From assembly GCA_963822445.1 (NCBI GenBank), contig CAWGHO010000003.1:1792333-1856332 (forward strand): a stretch of 64,000 nucleotides of DNA, read 5' to 3'. Positions 9,701 through 17,661 of this stretch are shown piece after piece (the first letter of the stretch is position 1; each line of letters opens with the position of its first letter). The notes under the pieces are model-generated. The model was not told the origin of the DNA and made no database searches. It saw only the letters and a program-made list of their open reading frames with translations. Position numbers and translations under genes: made by a program. The stretch is from an uncultured Acidobacteriota bacterium. GTDB taxonomy: Bacteria; Acidobacteriota; Thermoanaerobaculia; Gp7-AA8.

Positions 9701-10571
9701 CGTGCTCACCAATCCGAACGCAAACGCGGTCCTCCTCGACGACACCGCCATCGGCACGATCACCGACGATGACGGCGCGCCTGCGCTGAGCATCGACGAC
9801 GTCACGCTCGCCGAAGGGAACGCCGGCACGACCAACTTCGTCTTCAACGTCACCCTCGCGCCGGCGAGCGGACAGACAGTCACCGTCGATTACACGACCA
9901 GCGGCGGCGACGCCACGGCCGGCAGCGACTACACGCCGACGTCCGGTACGCTCACGTTCACGCCCGGCGACACCAGCGAGACCATCACCGTAACGGTAGC
10001 CGGCGACACGAGCATCGAGCCGACCGAGACGTTCAACGTCGTGCTCTCGAATGCGCCGCTCGCTGCAATCACGGACGCCACCGGTCAGGGCACGATCACC
10101 AACGACGACGTCGCGCCGGTCGCTGACCTGAGCCTGACCAAAGCCGTCGTCGGCAGCGGACCGTTCGTCGTCGGCCAGAACGCGACGTTCACGATCACGC
10201 TTTCGAATGCCGGTCCCGACGCGGCCGCGAATGCGACCGTCACCGACATCCTCCCCGCCGGAACGACGTTCGTCTCGGCGACGCCAACCAGCGGAACGTG
10301 CAACGGAACGACGACCGTGATCTGCAACGTGGGAACGCTCGCCAACGGCGCGAACGCGACTGTCACGCTGACTGTGCAACTCAACACGCCCGGGACCATC
10401 ACCAACACGGCCACGGGCGCCTCCGAAGCCGGCGACCTCTCCCCCGCCCTCGGCACCGCCGCGATCAACGTGACCGCCGCCGCCGAAGGCGTTGCCATTC
10501 CGACGCTTTCGCAGTGGATGCTGATTGCCCTCGCCGCAGCCCTGGCTTGTTTAGGAGTGCGGCGGCCCTAG
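6783..10571 (+). CDS. giant secreted protein: signal peptide, CSLREA (choice-of-anchor Q) motif, right-handed parallel beta-helix repeats, 5 Calx-beta domains, DUF11-like domain, C-terminal IPTL-CTERM-type sorting signal
   Basis: Signal peptide MQKRKKIATGAALAMGAVLAPEAVEA; AAGAGG RBS upstream of the ATG at 6783. CTLREAITNANAN motif; GGAIY/GGAIL beta-helix repeats; five VDFATAG..ATSG.DFT..SGT.TF....TS..ITV...D...EPNETFNV repeats (Calx-beta); DUF11-like segment LSLTKAVVGSGPFVVGQNATFTITLSNAGPDAA; C-terminus IPTLSQWMLIALAAALACLGVRRP. The ORF extends upstream to 5694, but that part is antisense to the preceding gene. Confidence 0.8.
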   Translation: MQKRKKIATGAALAMGAVLAPEAVEAAVITVNSTADTAAVDAQCTLREAITNANANAATEVDCAAGTGLDTIDFALTLPATITLSGTSLSIVDPLIIDGPGQTDLTIDANDASRIFEIADGDSGTSMTVEINDLTLANGNDATESFPGGGAILSAETLVITNVTFSGNDGAAGGAIYLYSPSNPNLTVTGSTFTGNTSAADGGAILAVGGDVTITGSTLTLNTALCCGGAIKKIEGAFTLTDSTVTGNSATIGGGIALYYTDTTTITNSTISGNEALLSGGGLYFYGPAGLVTIEDSVISANEAAYGGGVWLSYAGESPVVIRDTEISGNTATDSAGGLYLYDVDDVTLERVRLINNTADAYDGGGALWDAKVTIIESQISGNQAPIVGGLYVAYGSYLYLINSTVANNTASTGSVGGLGINFSFAAIDVSTISGNSAPAGAAGNIFSYGSGLYITNSIVANGIALAGPDLVTATSTVEINYSLIEDTAGASFTGSNNITGVDPQLGPLQNNGGPTETVKPAPASPVVNAGDPLYTTPPNDQRGFPRPVGIVDMGAVELSPGVLDISAANAVGEGAGFITITVTRTGGSDGAASVNYTTNSGTATSGADFTATAGTLNWADGDAAPKSFNVNITDDLIFEGNEQFTVTLSGATVATLGADTALITITDNDAAPTISINDTGNTEGSNVVFNVTLSNPTTQTVTVDFATAGVTAASGVDFTANSGTITFNPLVTSQPITIVTTQDAIDEPNETFNVVLTNPNANATIFDGTGVGTITDDDPTPTISINDAGQTEGTNIVFQVTLSGASSETITVDFATAAVTATSGTDFTANSGTITFTPGDTSEQITVVTAQDAVDEANETFNVNLTNPSAGATILDGTGVGTIGDDDPSPTISIGDSGALEGANVVFNVTLSAPTEQVVTVDFATAGNTATSGVDFTPNSGTLTFNPLVTSQQITVATSPDGFDEPNETFNVVLTNPNANAVLLDDTAIGTITDDDGAPALSIDDVTLAEGNAGTTNFVFNVTLAPASGQTVTVDYTTSGGDATAGSDYTPTSGTLTFTPGDTSETITVTVAGDTSIEPTETFNVVLSNAPLAAITDATGQGTITNDDVAPVADLSLTKAVVGSGPFVVGQNATFTITLSNAGPDAAANATVTDILPAGTTFVSATPTSGTCNGTTTVICNVGTLANGANATVTLTVQLNTPGTITNTATGASEAGDLSPALGTAAINVTAAAEGVAIPTLSQWMLIALAAALACLGVRRP

Positions 10572-10625
10572 CCGCCGCTTTGCGATCCCTTCGCAAAGCG
10601 GCGGCTCTGCCGCCGCACTCCTATA
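10550..10625. repeat. palindromic repeat element, copy A (TTTAGGAGTGCGGCGGC...GCCGCCGCACTCCTATA); contains the stop codon and last ~7 codons of the upstream giant gene
   Basis: Nested inverted repeats GGAGT/ACTCC, GCGGCGGC/GCCGCCGC (twice), central CGCTTTG...CAAAGCG; shares its ends and internal stems with copies at 12586, 48136 and 56861. Confidence 0.8.
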
Positions 10626-10633
10626 CTTTCCCT

Positions 10634-11680
10634 ATGAAGCTTCTCTGCGCACTTCTCCTCACGTTCCCGCTCGCCGCCCAACTCCGCCCCGTCAACACCT
10701 ACTCGATCGTCGCCCGCGATCCGGCGAACGGCCAGATCGGCGTGGCCGTGCAATCGCACTGGTTCGCGGTCGGGCAGATCGTTCCCTGGGCGGAAGCCGG
10801 AGTCGGTGCGGTTGCGACGCAGAGCTTCGTCGATCCGTCGTACGGCAAGCTCGGACTCGATCTCCTCCGCGCCGGCAAGAGCGCACCTGACTCCTTGCGA
10901 GCGCTCCTCGGCGGCGACGCCGCCTGTGAAGTGCGCCAGGTCGCATTCGTCGACGCATCCGGCAACGTGGCCACGTTCACCGGCGCGCGGGACATCGTCG
11001 CCGCGGGCGGAATCGCATCGCAGGCCTCATCGACCCAGGAAACGAAATGCGGCACTCACGGCGGAACGCTGAGCATTGGCAAAGACTTCGCCGTGCAGGC
11101 CAATCTCATGGAGAACGACAAAGTCTGGCCGGCCATGGCCAGGGCTTACTCCGAATCGAAAGGCGATCTCGCCGAGCGCATGCTCGCCGCGCTCGATGCC
11201 GCGCAGGCCGTCGGCGGCGACATCCGCGGCAAGCAGTCCGCGGCGCTGGTCGTCGTCGGTGCGAAATCGACCGGACGCTCCTGGCAGGATCGTGTCTTCG
11301 ACCTTCGCGTCGACGACGCTCCCGATCCACTCGCCGAGCTCCGCCGCCTCGTCGCGTTGCAGCGCGCCTACAACCACATGAACGCCGGCGATCTCGCCGT
11401 CGAGCACAAGGACCATCAATCTGCGTTGCGCGAGTACAGCGCGGCCGAGACCATCGCCTCGACCACGCCCGGCATTCCCCAGAGCCGCCTCGCCGAGATG
11501 ACCTACTGGCACGCGGTGTCGCTGGTGAACATGGGCCGCGCGGACGAAGCGCTGCCTCTCTTCGCGCGGGTCTTCAAGCTCGAGCCCGCGTGGCGCGAAC
11601 TGACCCCGCGCCTGGTGAAGTCCGGCCTGCTACCCGACGACGCCAAGCTCACTGAGCGCATCGTCAAGGTCAAGCCCTGA
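10634..11680 (+). CDS. secreted DUF1028 (Ntn-hydrolase superfamily) protein with C-terminal TPR-like region
   Basis: Signal peptide MKLLCALLLTFPLAAQ; TYSIVARDPANGQIGVAVQSHWFAVGQIVPWAEAGVGAVATQS matches the DUF1028 signature; C-terminal TPR-like helices. Confidence 0.7.
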   Translation: MKLLCALLLTFPLAAQLRPVNTYSIVARDPANGQIGVAVQSHWFAVGQIVPWAEAGVGAVATQSFVDPSYGKLGLDLLRAGKSAPDSLRALLGGDAACEVRQVAFVDASGNVATFTGARDIVAAGGIASQASSTQETKCGTHGGTLSIGKDFAVQANLMENDKVWPAMARAYSESKGDLAERMLAALDAAQAVGGDIRGKQSAALVVVGAKSTGRSWQDRVFDLRVDDAPDPLAELRRLVALQRAYNHMNAGDLAVEHKDHQSALREYSAAETIASTTPGIPQSRLAEMTYWHAVSLVNMGRADEALPLFARVFKLEPAWRELTPRLVKSGLLPDDAKLTERIVKVKP

Positions 11681-11957
11681 AGGTTTCCATCCCCTTCAGC
11701 ACGAGCAGCGTGTTTCGGCGGTCCCATGCGCCGAGGGCGACCATGCCGATGATGACGATGGTGTAGGTGGCGATCGTCGAGAGAAAGAGCAGCACGTGCA
11801 GCCGCTGCGAGAAATCGGCGAGCAGCAGAAACGCCACGAGGAAGGCCAGCTCGATCAGCGCTGCCCCGAAGAACGCCAGTTTGTAGTGGCGCTCCGCGCG
11901 GTCGATGCGCTCGAGAGTGGAACGGCGGATCGTGTCGAGATCGGGATTCGTGTTCAT
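11670..11957 (-). CDS. small membrane protein (2 TM), downstream of the ECF sigma factor; candidate minimal anti-sigma/regulatory partner
   Basis: AAAGGAGAA RBS immediately upstream of the ATG; N-terminal 25 aa soluble, then two hydrophobic helices. Confidence 0.5.
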   Translation of the reverse strand: MNTNPDLDTIRRSTLERIDRAERHYKLAFFGAALIELAFLVAFLLLADFSQRLHVLLFLSTIATYTIVIIGMVALGAWDRRNTLLVLKGMETFRA

Positions 11958-11967
11958 GGTTCTCCTT

Positions 11968-12075
11968 TCACTTCCTGCACGCCAGGTAGATCACCAGAGG
12001 AATGAGCACGAGGGCCTCGATGACGACGTACGCCCAGACCATGGCCTTCTCGCTCATTCCTTTTTGTTCGCTCAT
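11968..12075 (-). CDS. 35-aa single-TM micro-protein translationally coupled to the sigma factor (start ATG overlaps the sigma stop as ATGA)
   Basis: MSEQKGMSEKAMVWAYVVIEALVLIPLVIYLACRK; start/stop overlap with the sigma-factor gene; no homology evidence. Confidence 0.35.
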   Translation of the reverse strand: MSEQKGMSEKAMVWAYVVIEALVLIPLVIYLACRK

Positions 12076-12581
12076 GACGGTTTGATCGCCGCGCGCAGGC
12101 AACGCAGGCCGTACGCGAGACGCGATTTGACGGTTCCGATGCTGATGCCGAGGACTTCGGCGATGTCGCTGAGGGTCATCGATTGCGTGTAATGCAGCGT
12201 GAGCACGGCCCGGCTCGCCGGTGAGAGCGCGTCGATGTGTGCCGGAAGCGCTTCGAGCAGAGGCTCGTGCTCGTCCGGGACGACTTCGGCGGGTAGATCG
12301 GGCGGCAACGGCTCTTCGTGCAATCGCCGCGTCTTCTTCAGCTTCCTGAATGCGGCCCGCGACGCGATGCGAAACGCCCACGGCTCGAACAGCGCCGGAT
12401 CGCGCAGCCAGTCGAGCTTGCGGTAGATCGTGAACAGCACCTCCTGCAGCACATCCTCGGCGAGCGTCGCGTCGCCGAGGACCGCGCGGAGGTAGCGGAA
12501 CAGCGGGCCCTGCATGCGGGTGAGGAGCGCGTCGAGCGCCTCCCGATCACCTGCCTGAGCCTTCAGAACGAGCCATTGCAT
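12072..12581 (-). CDS. RNA polymerase ECF-type sigma-70 factor
   Basis: Region 2 (EDVLQEVLFTIYRKLDWLRDPALFEPWAFRIASRAA) and region 4 HTH (SMTLSDIAEVLGISIGTVKSRLAYGLRCLR). Confidence 0.85.
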   Translation of the reverse strand: MQWLVLKAQAGDREALDALLTRMQGPLFRYLRAVLGDATLAEDVLQEVLFTIYRKLDWLRDPALFEPWAFRIASRAAFRKLKKTRRLHEEPLPPDLPAEVVPDEHEPLLEALPAHIDALSPASRAVLTLHYTQSMTLSDIAEVLGISIGTVKSRLAYGLRCLRAAIKPS

Positions 12582-12585
12582 AGTT

Positions 12586-12640
12586 GGAGTGCGGCGACTC
12601 TGTCGCCGCTTTCAAAGCGGTGGCAGAGCCACCGCACTCC
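12586..12640. repeat. palindromic repeat element, copy B, in the divergent promoter region between the sigma factor and the peptidase gene
   Basis: GGAGTGCGGCGAC-TCT-GTCGCCGC-TTTCAAA-GCGGTGGC-AGA-GCCACCGC-ACTCC; begins 5 nt upstream of the sigma-factor start codon. Confidence 0.8.
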
Positions 12641-12662
12641 ATTAGAGCCAGGAAGTAGCCAG

Positions 12663-14453
12663 GTGTTCGAATTGTTTTTGCGGCCGGTGCTACTCCTCGC
12701 CGCGTTCCTCGCCCTCGCCCAGGACGTCTTCGTGCCGCCCGTGCCCATCGGCGTCGCGCGCGAGGGCAAGGTCCGCACGGTCAAGCAGCCCATCCCCTTT
12801 CCGAAAGAGTCGCAGAAGTGGATCCGCGTCCGGACGCCGCGCTTCGACGTCCTCAGCAACGCTGACGAGGCTCGCACGCGCGACATTGCCGGCGACCTCG
12901 AATCGCTCGCCGCCGCGCTGGTCGAAGCGGCGCCACGGTTCGAGAACGCCCGCGTGCCGGCGACGGTGTTCGTCTTCGCCGATCGCGGCGAAAGCCAGCC
13001 GTACTTCGATCTCCTGACCGGGATGGAAGGCACGAACGTGTCCGGCCTTTACGTCCGGCACAGCGGCGGCGGAACGATGTTCATCGACGGCTCCCGGCGC
13101 CATTTCGAGCGCACGGCCACACATGAGCTGGTGCACGACCTCTTGCGACAGGGTGACGTCGTACCGCCGCTCTGGCTCGAAGAAGGGCTGGCCGAGTATG
13201 TCGCCAACGCGCAGGTCACGAAGAAAGGCGTGGCGGCCGGTCTGCCGATCGTTGCGCACGCGAAGATTCTCGAGTCGAAACCGAAGCGGACGATCGAGCA
13301 GATGCTGGAGATGAAAAACGAATCGCCCGAATCGGCATCGTCGTACTTTTACGCGCAGAGCTGGGCGGCCGTGCACTGGCTGATGAAGACCAATGCGAAA
13401 GCGTTCTGGCCCTTCCTGCGCGATCTCGAGCGAGACACGCCCGCCGTGGACGCGCTGAAGGCGCACTACCACCAGTCGCTGGAGGATTTGAATCGCGGTC
13501 TTCACGCGAACGTTCGCCGCAGCGCACCGGTCGATCTCGCCGGCCATGCGCCGGCCGTCACGACCGATGTCGCGACCATCGATCGCGCCACGGTTCTGTA
13601 CGAGCTCGGCGCCTTCCTTGGACACGTCGCCGGCGCCGAGACGGAATCGGACCGCCACTATCGCGAGGCGCTGCGGATCGAGCCGAAGCACGCTCGCACG
13701 CTCGCCGCAATCGGCGACTTCGAAGCGGCGCTCGCCGCCGATCCGCGCGACGCCGAGATTCCGCTGAAATACGCCGAAGTCCTCCTCGGCCCCGCCATCG
13801 GCGATTTCGCCGGCGTATTCGAGCCCGCCGATCCCGAGCGCTTCCGCAAGGCCCGCGAGATGGCCCTGCGCGCGCTGAGCCTCGGCGCGAGCGAAGCTCG
13901 CGCTCGCGGCGCGCTCGGCATCAGCTACCTCGCCGACGACGATTTCGCCTCCGGAATCACGGCGCTCGAACGTGCGCGTGCGCTCGCGCCCTGGCGGATG
14001 GACTACGCCATCCACCTCTACTCGATGTACCTCCAGACCGGCGAGCGCGCGAAAGCCGACGCGCTCTTCGCGGCCGCGTTCGAGAACGCGCGCGATAAGC
14101 AGGTGGCCTTCGCCGCGCGCAACGTGCTGCTGGATGCGGAAACGAATCGCGCGAACGCGCTTGCGCAGGAGGGGAAGCTGGAAGAGGCCGCGGCGCTCGT
14201 TCGGCAAATCGCCGCAACGATCCCCGATGTAAACGCGCGCGGCGACCTCGAGCGTCAGGCCGCGGAGATCGAGTCGCTGGTGCTCGTGAACCAGCACATC
14301 GGCTTGTACAACGAGGCGGTGACCCACTCGAACGCCGGCCGGAAGAAAGCCGCGCTGAAGATTCTCGATGATCTGATGAAGGTCGTTACCGACGCGAGAG
14401 TAAAGCGCGACGCCGAGAAACTGCGGCGCGAATTGCGAGGGCAGAAGCCTTAG
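12663..14453 (+). CDS. secreted HExxH zinc-metallopeptidase-like protein with C-terminal TPR repeats
   Basis: Signal-like N-terminus VFELFLRPVLLLAAFLALAQD (GTG start at 12663 inferred; the ORF extends to 12318, but that part is antisense to the sigma factor); TATHELVHDLL (HExxH); the C-terminal half is TPR-like. Confidence 0.55.
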   Translation: MFELFLRPVLLLAAFLALAQDVFVPPVPIGVAREGKVRTVKQPIPFPKESQKWIRVRTPRFDVLSNADEARTRDIAGDLESLAAALVEAAPRFENARVPATVFVFADRGESQPYFDLLTGMEGTNVSGLYVRHSGGGTMFIDGSRRHFERTATHELVHDLLRQGDVVPPLWLEEGLAEYVANAQVTKKGVAAGLPIVAHAKILESKPKRTIEQMLEMKNESPESASSYFYAQSWAAVHWLMKTNAKAFWPFLRDLERDTPAVDALKAHYHQSLEDLNRGLHANVRRSAPVDLAGHAPAVTTDVATIDRATVLYELGAFLGHVAGAETESDRHYREALRIEPKHARTLAAIGDFEAALAADPRDAEIPLKYAEVLLGPAIGDFAGVFEPADPERFRKAREMALRALSLGASEARARGALGISYLADDDFASGITALERARALAPWRMDYAIHLYSMYLQTGERAKADALFAAAFENARDKQVAFAARNVLLDAETNRANALAQEGKLEEAAALVRQIAATIPDVNARGDLERQAAEIESLVLVNQHIGLYNEAVTHSNAGRKKAALKILDDLMKVVTDARVKRDAEKLRRELRGQKP

Positions 14454-14459
14454 GCTATT

Positions 14460-15557
14460 TTGCCGAAGCCCACCATGCGTCCCTGCGAAATCCATCGTCT
14501 CCATCTCGTCACCTACGAAAACGGGATGAAGCTCCAGCAGAAACTGGTCGAGCTGCGGCAGCGCGAGGAGATCGCCGATCAACTGCTCCTCCTCGAACAT
14601 CCACCAGTGATCACCCTCGGCCGCGGCGGCGACACCACCAACCTGCTCGCGCCACCCCACGTCCTCGCCGAGCAGCGCGTGCGCTTCTTCGAGACCACCC
14701 GCGGCGGCGACATCACCTACCACGGCCCCGGCCAGATCGTCGGCTACCCCATCCTCCACCTCGGCGAAGGCAACCGCGACGTCCGCAAGTACGTCACCAA
14801 ACTCGAGGAAGTGCTCATCCGCACCGTCGCCGAATACGGCATCACCGCGGAGCGCTTCGAAGGCAAGCGCGGGATCTGGGTCGGCTCGAACAAGATCGCC
14901 GCGATCGGCGTCCGCATCGCGCGCTGGGTCACGTCCCATGGCTGGGCGCTCAACGTCAGCACGAACCTCGATCACTTCCGTCTGATCACCCCCTGCGGCA
15001 TCCGCGGCATGGGCGTCACCTCGATCGAACGGGAGATCGGCCGCCCCGTTCCTCTCGACGAAGTGCGCGAGACTCTCGCGGCGAAGTTCGCAGAGATCTT
15101 CGAGCGCGAGCTAGTGGCGCGTCCCGAAACGATCCGCCTGGTGAAGGTGCTCGTGCACGATGGCGATCGCGTGCTGCTCCTGCATCGCCGCGCCGAGCGG
15201 GGAAACTTCTGGCAACCCATCACCGGCTCGATCGAGGAAGGCGAGCTGCCGGTGGAGACCGCACGGCGGGAGCTGATCGAAGAGACCGGTCATCCCGGCG
15301 ATCCGCGCGCTCTGGATCTTCGCCAGTCGTTCCTCATCGAGTCCGCGTACCTCTCCGCGAAGTATTCAGGGCCGATCATCGCCAGCGAAGTCGGCTTCGC
15401 GGCGACGCTCGACTCCAGCCTGCCGATCGCGCTCGATGAGCAGGAACACGATGGGCATGGCTGGTTCACGTTTGCCGAGGCTTATGAAAAGATCCGGTGG
15501 ACCGACGATCGGGAGGCTTTGGAACGGTTGGAAGCCTCGCTGCCGGTGACCGCATGA
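14460..15557 (+). CDS. lipB: octanoyltransferase LipB fused to a C-terminal NUDIX hydrolase domain
   Basis: LipB core (HPPVITLGRGG, YHGPGQIVGYPI, RGIWVGSNKIAAIGVRI); C-terminal Nudix box GSIEEGELPVETARRELIEETG. Confidence 0.85.
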   Translation: MPKPTMRPCEIHRLHLVTYENGMKLQQKLVELRQREEIADQLLLLEHPPVITLGRGGDTTNLLAPPHVLAEQRVRFFETTRGGDITYHGPGQIVGYPILHLGEGNRDVRKYVTKLEEVLIRTVAEYGITAERFEGKRGIWVGSNKIAAIGVRIARWVTSHGWALNVSTNLDHFRLITPCGIRGMGVTSIEREIGRPVPLDEVRETLAAKFAEIFERELVARPETIRLVKVLVHDGDRVLLLHRRAERGNFWQPITGSIEEGELPVETARRELIEETGHPGDPRALDLRQSFLIESAYLSAKYSGPIIASEVGFAATLDSSLPIALDEQEHDGHGWFTFAEAYEKIRWTDDREALERLEASLPVTA

Positions 15558-16456
15558 CCCCCATCAATAAACGAGCTGGCGTCCGCCCGGAGTGGCTGAA
15601 GATCCGCGTGCCGGGCGACCTCGCTTCGCTCCCCGTGTCGCAGCTCATGAACGACCTGCGGCTGAACACTGTCTGCCAGGAAGCGCGCTGCCCGAACATC
15701 TTCGAATGCTGGACCGCGGGCACCGCGACGTTCATGGTCCTCGGCGAGATCTGCACGCGGCGCTGCACCTTCTGCGCGGTCGGCCGCGGCGAGCCGCTCG
15801 TTGCCGATGGCGACGAGCCGCGGCGCGTGGCCGAAGCGGTTGCGGCGATGGGCGTCAAACACGCGGTCATCACCATGGTCAATCGCGACGACATGGCGGA
15901 CGGCGGCGCGGAGCATGTCGCGGAGACTGTTCGCTCCGTGCGCGATCGCACGGGAGCTGCGGTGGAAGTGCTGATCTCCGACCTCGAAGGAAACCGCGAC
16001 GCGTTGCGCACCGTGATGGCTTCGCAGCCGGAAGTGCTCGCGCACAATGTCGAGACCGTGCCGCGGCTCTACGCGCAAGTGCGTCCCGTCGCGAAGTACC
16101 AGCGCTCGATCGAACTGCTCCGCTGGGCTCACGAAGAACGCGCCGAGGGAATGCTCACCAAGTCCAGCATCATGCTCGGCCTCGGCGAAACGGAAGAGGA
16201 GATCCTCGCCGTCGCCCGCGATCTCCGCGAAGCCGGGGTGGACATCTTCACCATGGGCCAATACCTCGCCCCGAGCGAGAAAAATCACCCCGTCCGCCGC
16301 TACTACACCCCCGACGAATTCGCGGAGCTCGGCCGCCAGGCCCGGGCCCTCGGCTTTCACCACGTGGAGAGCGCGCCGCTGGTGCGGAGCTCGTACATGG
16401 CGCACAGGGCAGTACGCGCGCCTGACGACGCGCTCGCAGTGGGCAGTGGGCAGTAG
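15554..16456 (+). CDS. lipA: lipoyl synthase LipA
   Basis: Radical-SAM and Fe-S cysteine motifs (CQEARCPNIFEC; CTRRCTFCAV); start ATG overlaps the lipB stop (ATGA). Confidence 0.9.
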   Translation: MTPINKRAGVRPEWLKIRVPGDLASLPVSQLMNDLRLNTVCQEARCPNIFECWTAGTATFMVLGEICTRRCTFCAVGRGEPLVADGDEPRRVAEAVAAMGVKHAVITMVNRDDMADGGAEHVAETVRSVRDRTGAAVEVLISDLEGNRDALRTVMASQPEVLAHNVETVPRLYAQVRPVAKYQRSIELLRWAHEERAEGMLTKSSIMLGLGETEEEILAVARDLREAGVDIFTMGQYLAPSEKNHPVRRYYTPDEFAELGRQARALGFHHVESAPLVRSSYMAHRAVRAPDDALAVGSGQ

Positions 16457-16531
16457 GCAGGCCCACCCGCCCGCGGGGAGAAGTGCAACGTGGTTGGGCG
16501 GTGGCCCACTGCCTACTGCCCACTGCCTGCT
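16436..16531. repeat. long imperfect hairpin built from GTGGGCA/GTAGGCA heptamers (family 2, copy 1); encodes the last residues and stop of lipA
   Basis: 5' arm GCAGTGGGCAGTGGGCAGTAGGCAGGCCCACC; 3' arm GGTGGCCCACTGCCTACTGCCCACTGCCTGC; ~24-nt loop. Confidence 0.7.
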
Positions 16532-16576
16532 GCGAGCGCCCGCAGGGCGCGTACTGACTGCTAGAATCCCGGCCCG

Positions 16577-16855
16577 ATGCCCCGAGTGACGTTCGCAGAC
16601 GAAGGTAAATCGGGCGAATTTCCCTCGGGCAAGTCGCTCCTCTCCATCGCCGGAGAGCTCGGCGTTCGCGTCAGCCAGGTCTGCGGCGGCGACGGCGCGT
16701 GCGGGACTTGCAGGATCGAGGTCATCGAGGGCTGGGACTGCCTCACCCCCCCCACCCCCGACGAGACGTACAAAGAGCTCGATCCGCCCCACCGGCTGAG
16801 CTGTCAGGCGAAGTTGATGGGTGATGTAGTGATCAAAGTAGCGAAGATCGAATGA
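16577..16855 (+). CDS. 2Fe-2S ferredoxin
   Basis: CGGDGACGTC ... C cysteine pattern of plant-type/adrenodoxin-like ferredoxins. Confidence 0.8.
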   Translation: MPRVTFADEGKSGEFPSGKSLLSIAGELGVRVSQVCGGDGACGTCRIEVIEGWDCLTPPTPDETYKELDPPHRLSCQAKLMGDVVIKVAKIE

Positions 16856-16862
16856 GGTACGA

Positions 16863-17372
16863 ATGACAGCCGTCGAAACGACAACCAGCTCGCTCTCCGA
16901 ACAGAACCTTGCCCTGTTCTTCCAGTACACCGTCGAGGCCTACAAGAGCTTCGAGAAACTGGCCGAGAACCTCCCCAACCCCATGACCCAGCTCATGTTC
17001 AAGCAGTTCGCAGCCGACGAGCGCGGCAACCGCGACCTGATCGAGATGAAGGTCGCCGCCACCGGCCGCGGCCGCGTGCGGGTCACGCTCGGCGCGGACA
17101 TGATCTTCAACGACATCCTCGAAGGCGAGCTCTCCTACCGCGCCGCGTCGGAGTTCCTCATCGCCCGCGAGCGGACCATGCAGAAGAAGCTGCGGGAGCT
17201 CCTCGCCACGGCCAGCCCGGCTGATCGCAACCTGCTCATCTACCTCGAGGCCGTCAAGCGCGCGCACATCGTCGAGCTCGAGCGCGATCTCGAGCTGATC
17301 AAAGGCGACTCGGACTGGTGGAAGCGCGAGGACGCCGAGTGGCGGGTCGTGCACGGCGCCCGCGAATCATGA
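16863..17372 (+). CDS. ferritin-like (di-iron ExxH) domain protein
   Basis: ExxH pairs (ADERGNRDLIEM ... VKRAHIVELE); TGAGGT RBS upstream. Confidence 0.5.
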   Translation: MTAVETTTSSLSEQNLALFFQYTVEAYKSFEKLAENLPNPMTQLMFKQFAADERGNRDLIEMKVAATGRGRVRVTLGADMIFNDILEGELSYRAASEFLIARERTMQKKLRELLATASPADRNLLIYLEAVKRAHIVELERDLELIKGDSDWWKREDAEWRVVHGARES

Positions 17373-17656
17373 ACCTCTCCCTCTCCCCCGAAGCGGCCTC
17401 GCACCTCGGCCACGATCTCGACGGCCGCATGCTCCGCATCGCCTTCACCACCGGCTGCGGCGGCTCGGGCTATCGGCTCAGCTACGCCACGGAACCGGTG
17501 GACGGTGATGAAGTCATTTCCGTCGACGGAGTGCAGGTCGCCCTCGACGCGATGTCCGCCTCGCGGCTCGAAGGGGCGGTGATCGAGTACAGCGAGGAAG
17601 AGGATGGCTATCTGCTCGATCACCCGGACGCGGTGACGGCTGTGTGGTGTGGCTAG
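17369..17656 (+). CDS. IscA/HesB-family iron-sulfur cluster insertion protein
   Basis: IAFTTGCGGSGYRL and C-terminal Cys; ATGA overlap with the upstream gene. Confidence 0.7.
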   Translation: MNLSLSPEAASHLGHDLDGRMLRIAFTTGCGGSGYRLSYATEPVDGDEVISVDGVQVALDAMSASRLEGAVIEYSEEEDGYLLDHPDAVTAVWCG

Positions 17657-17661
17657 GGCTC

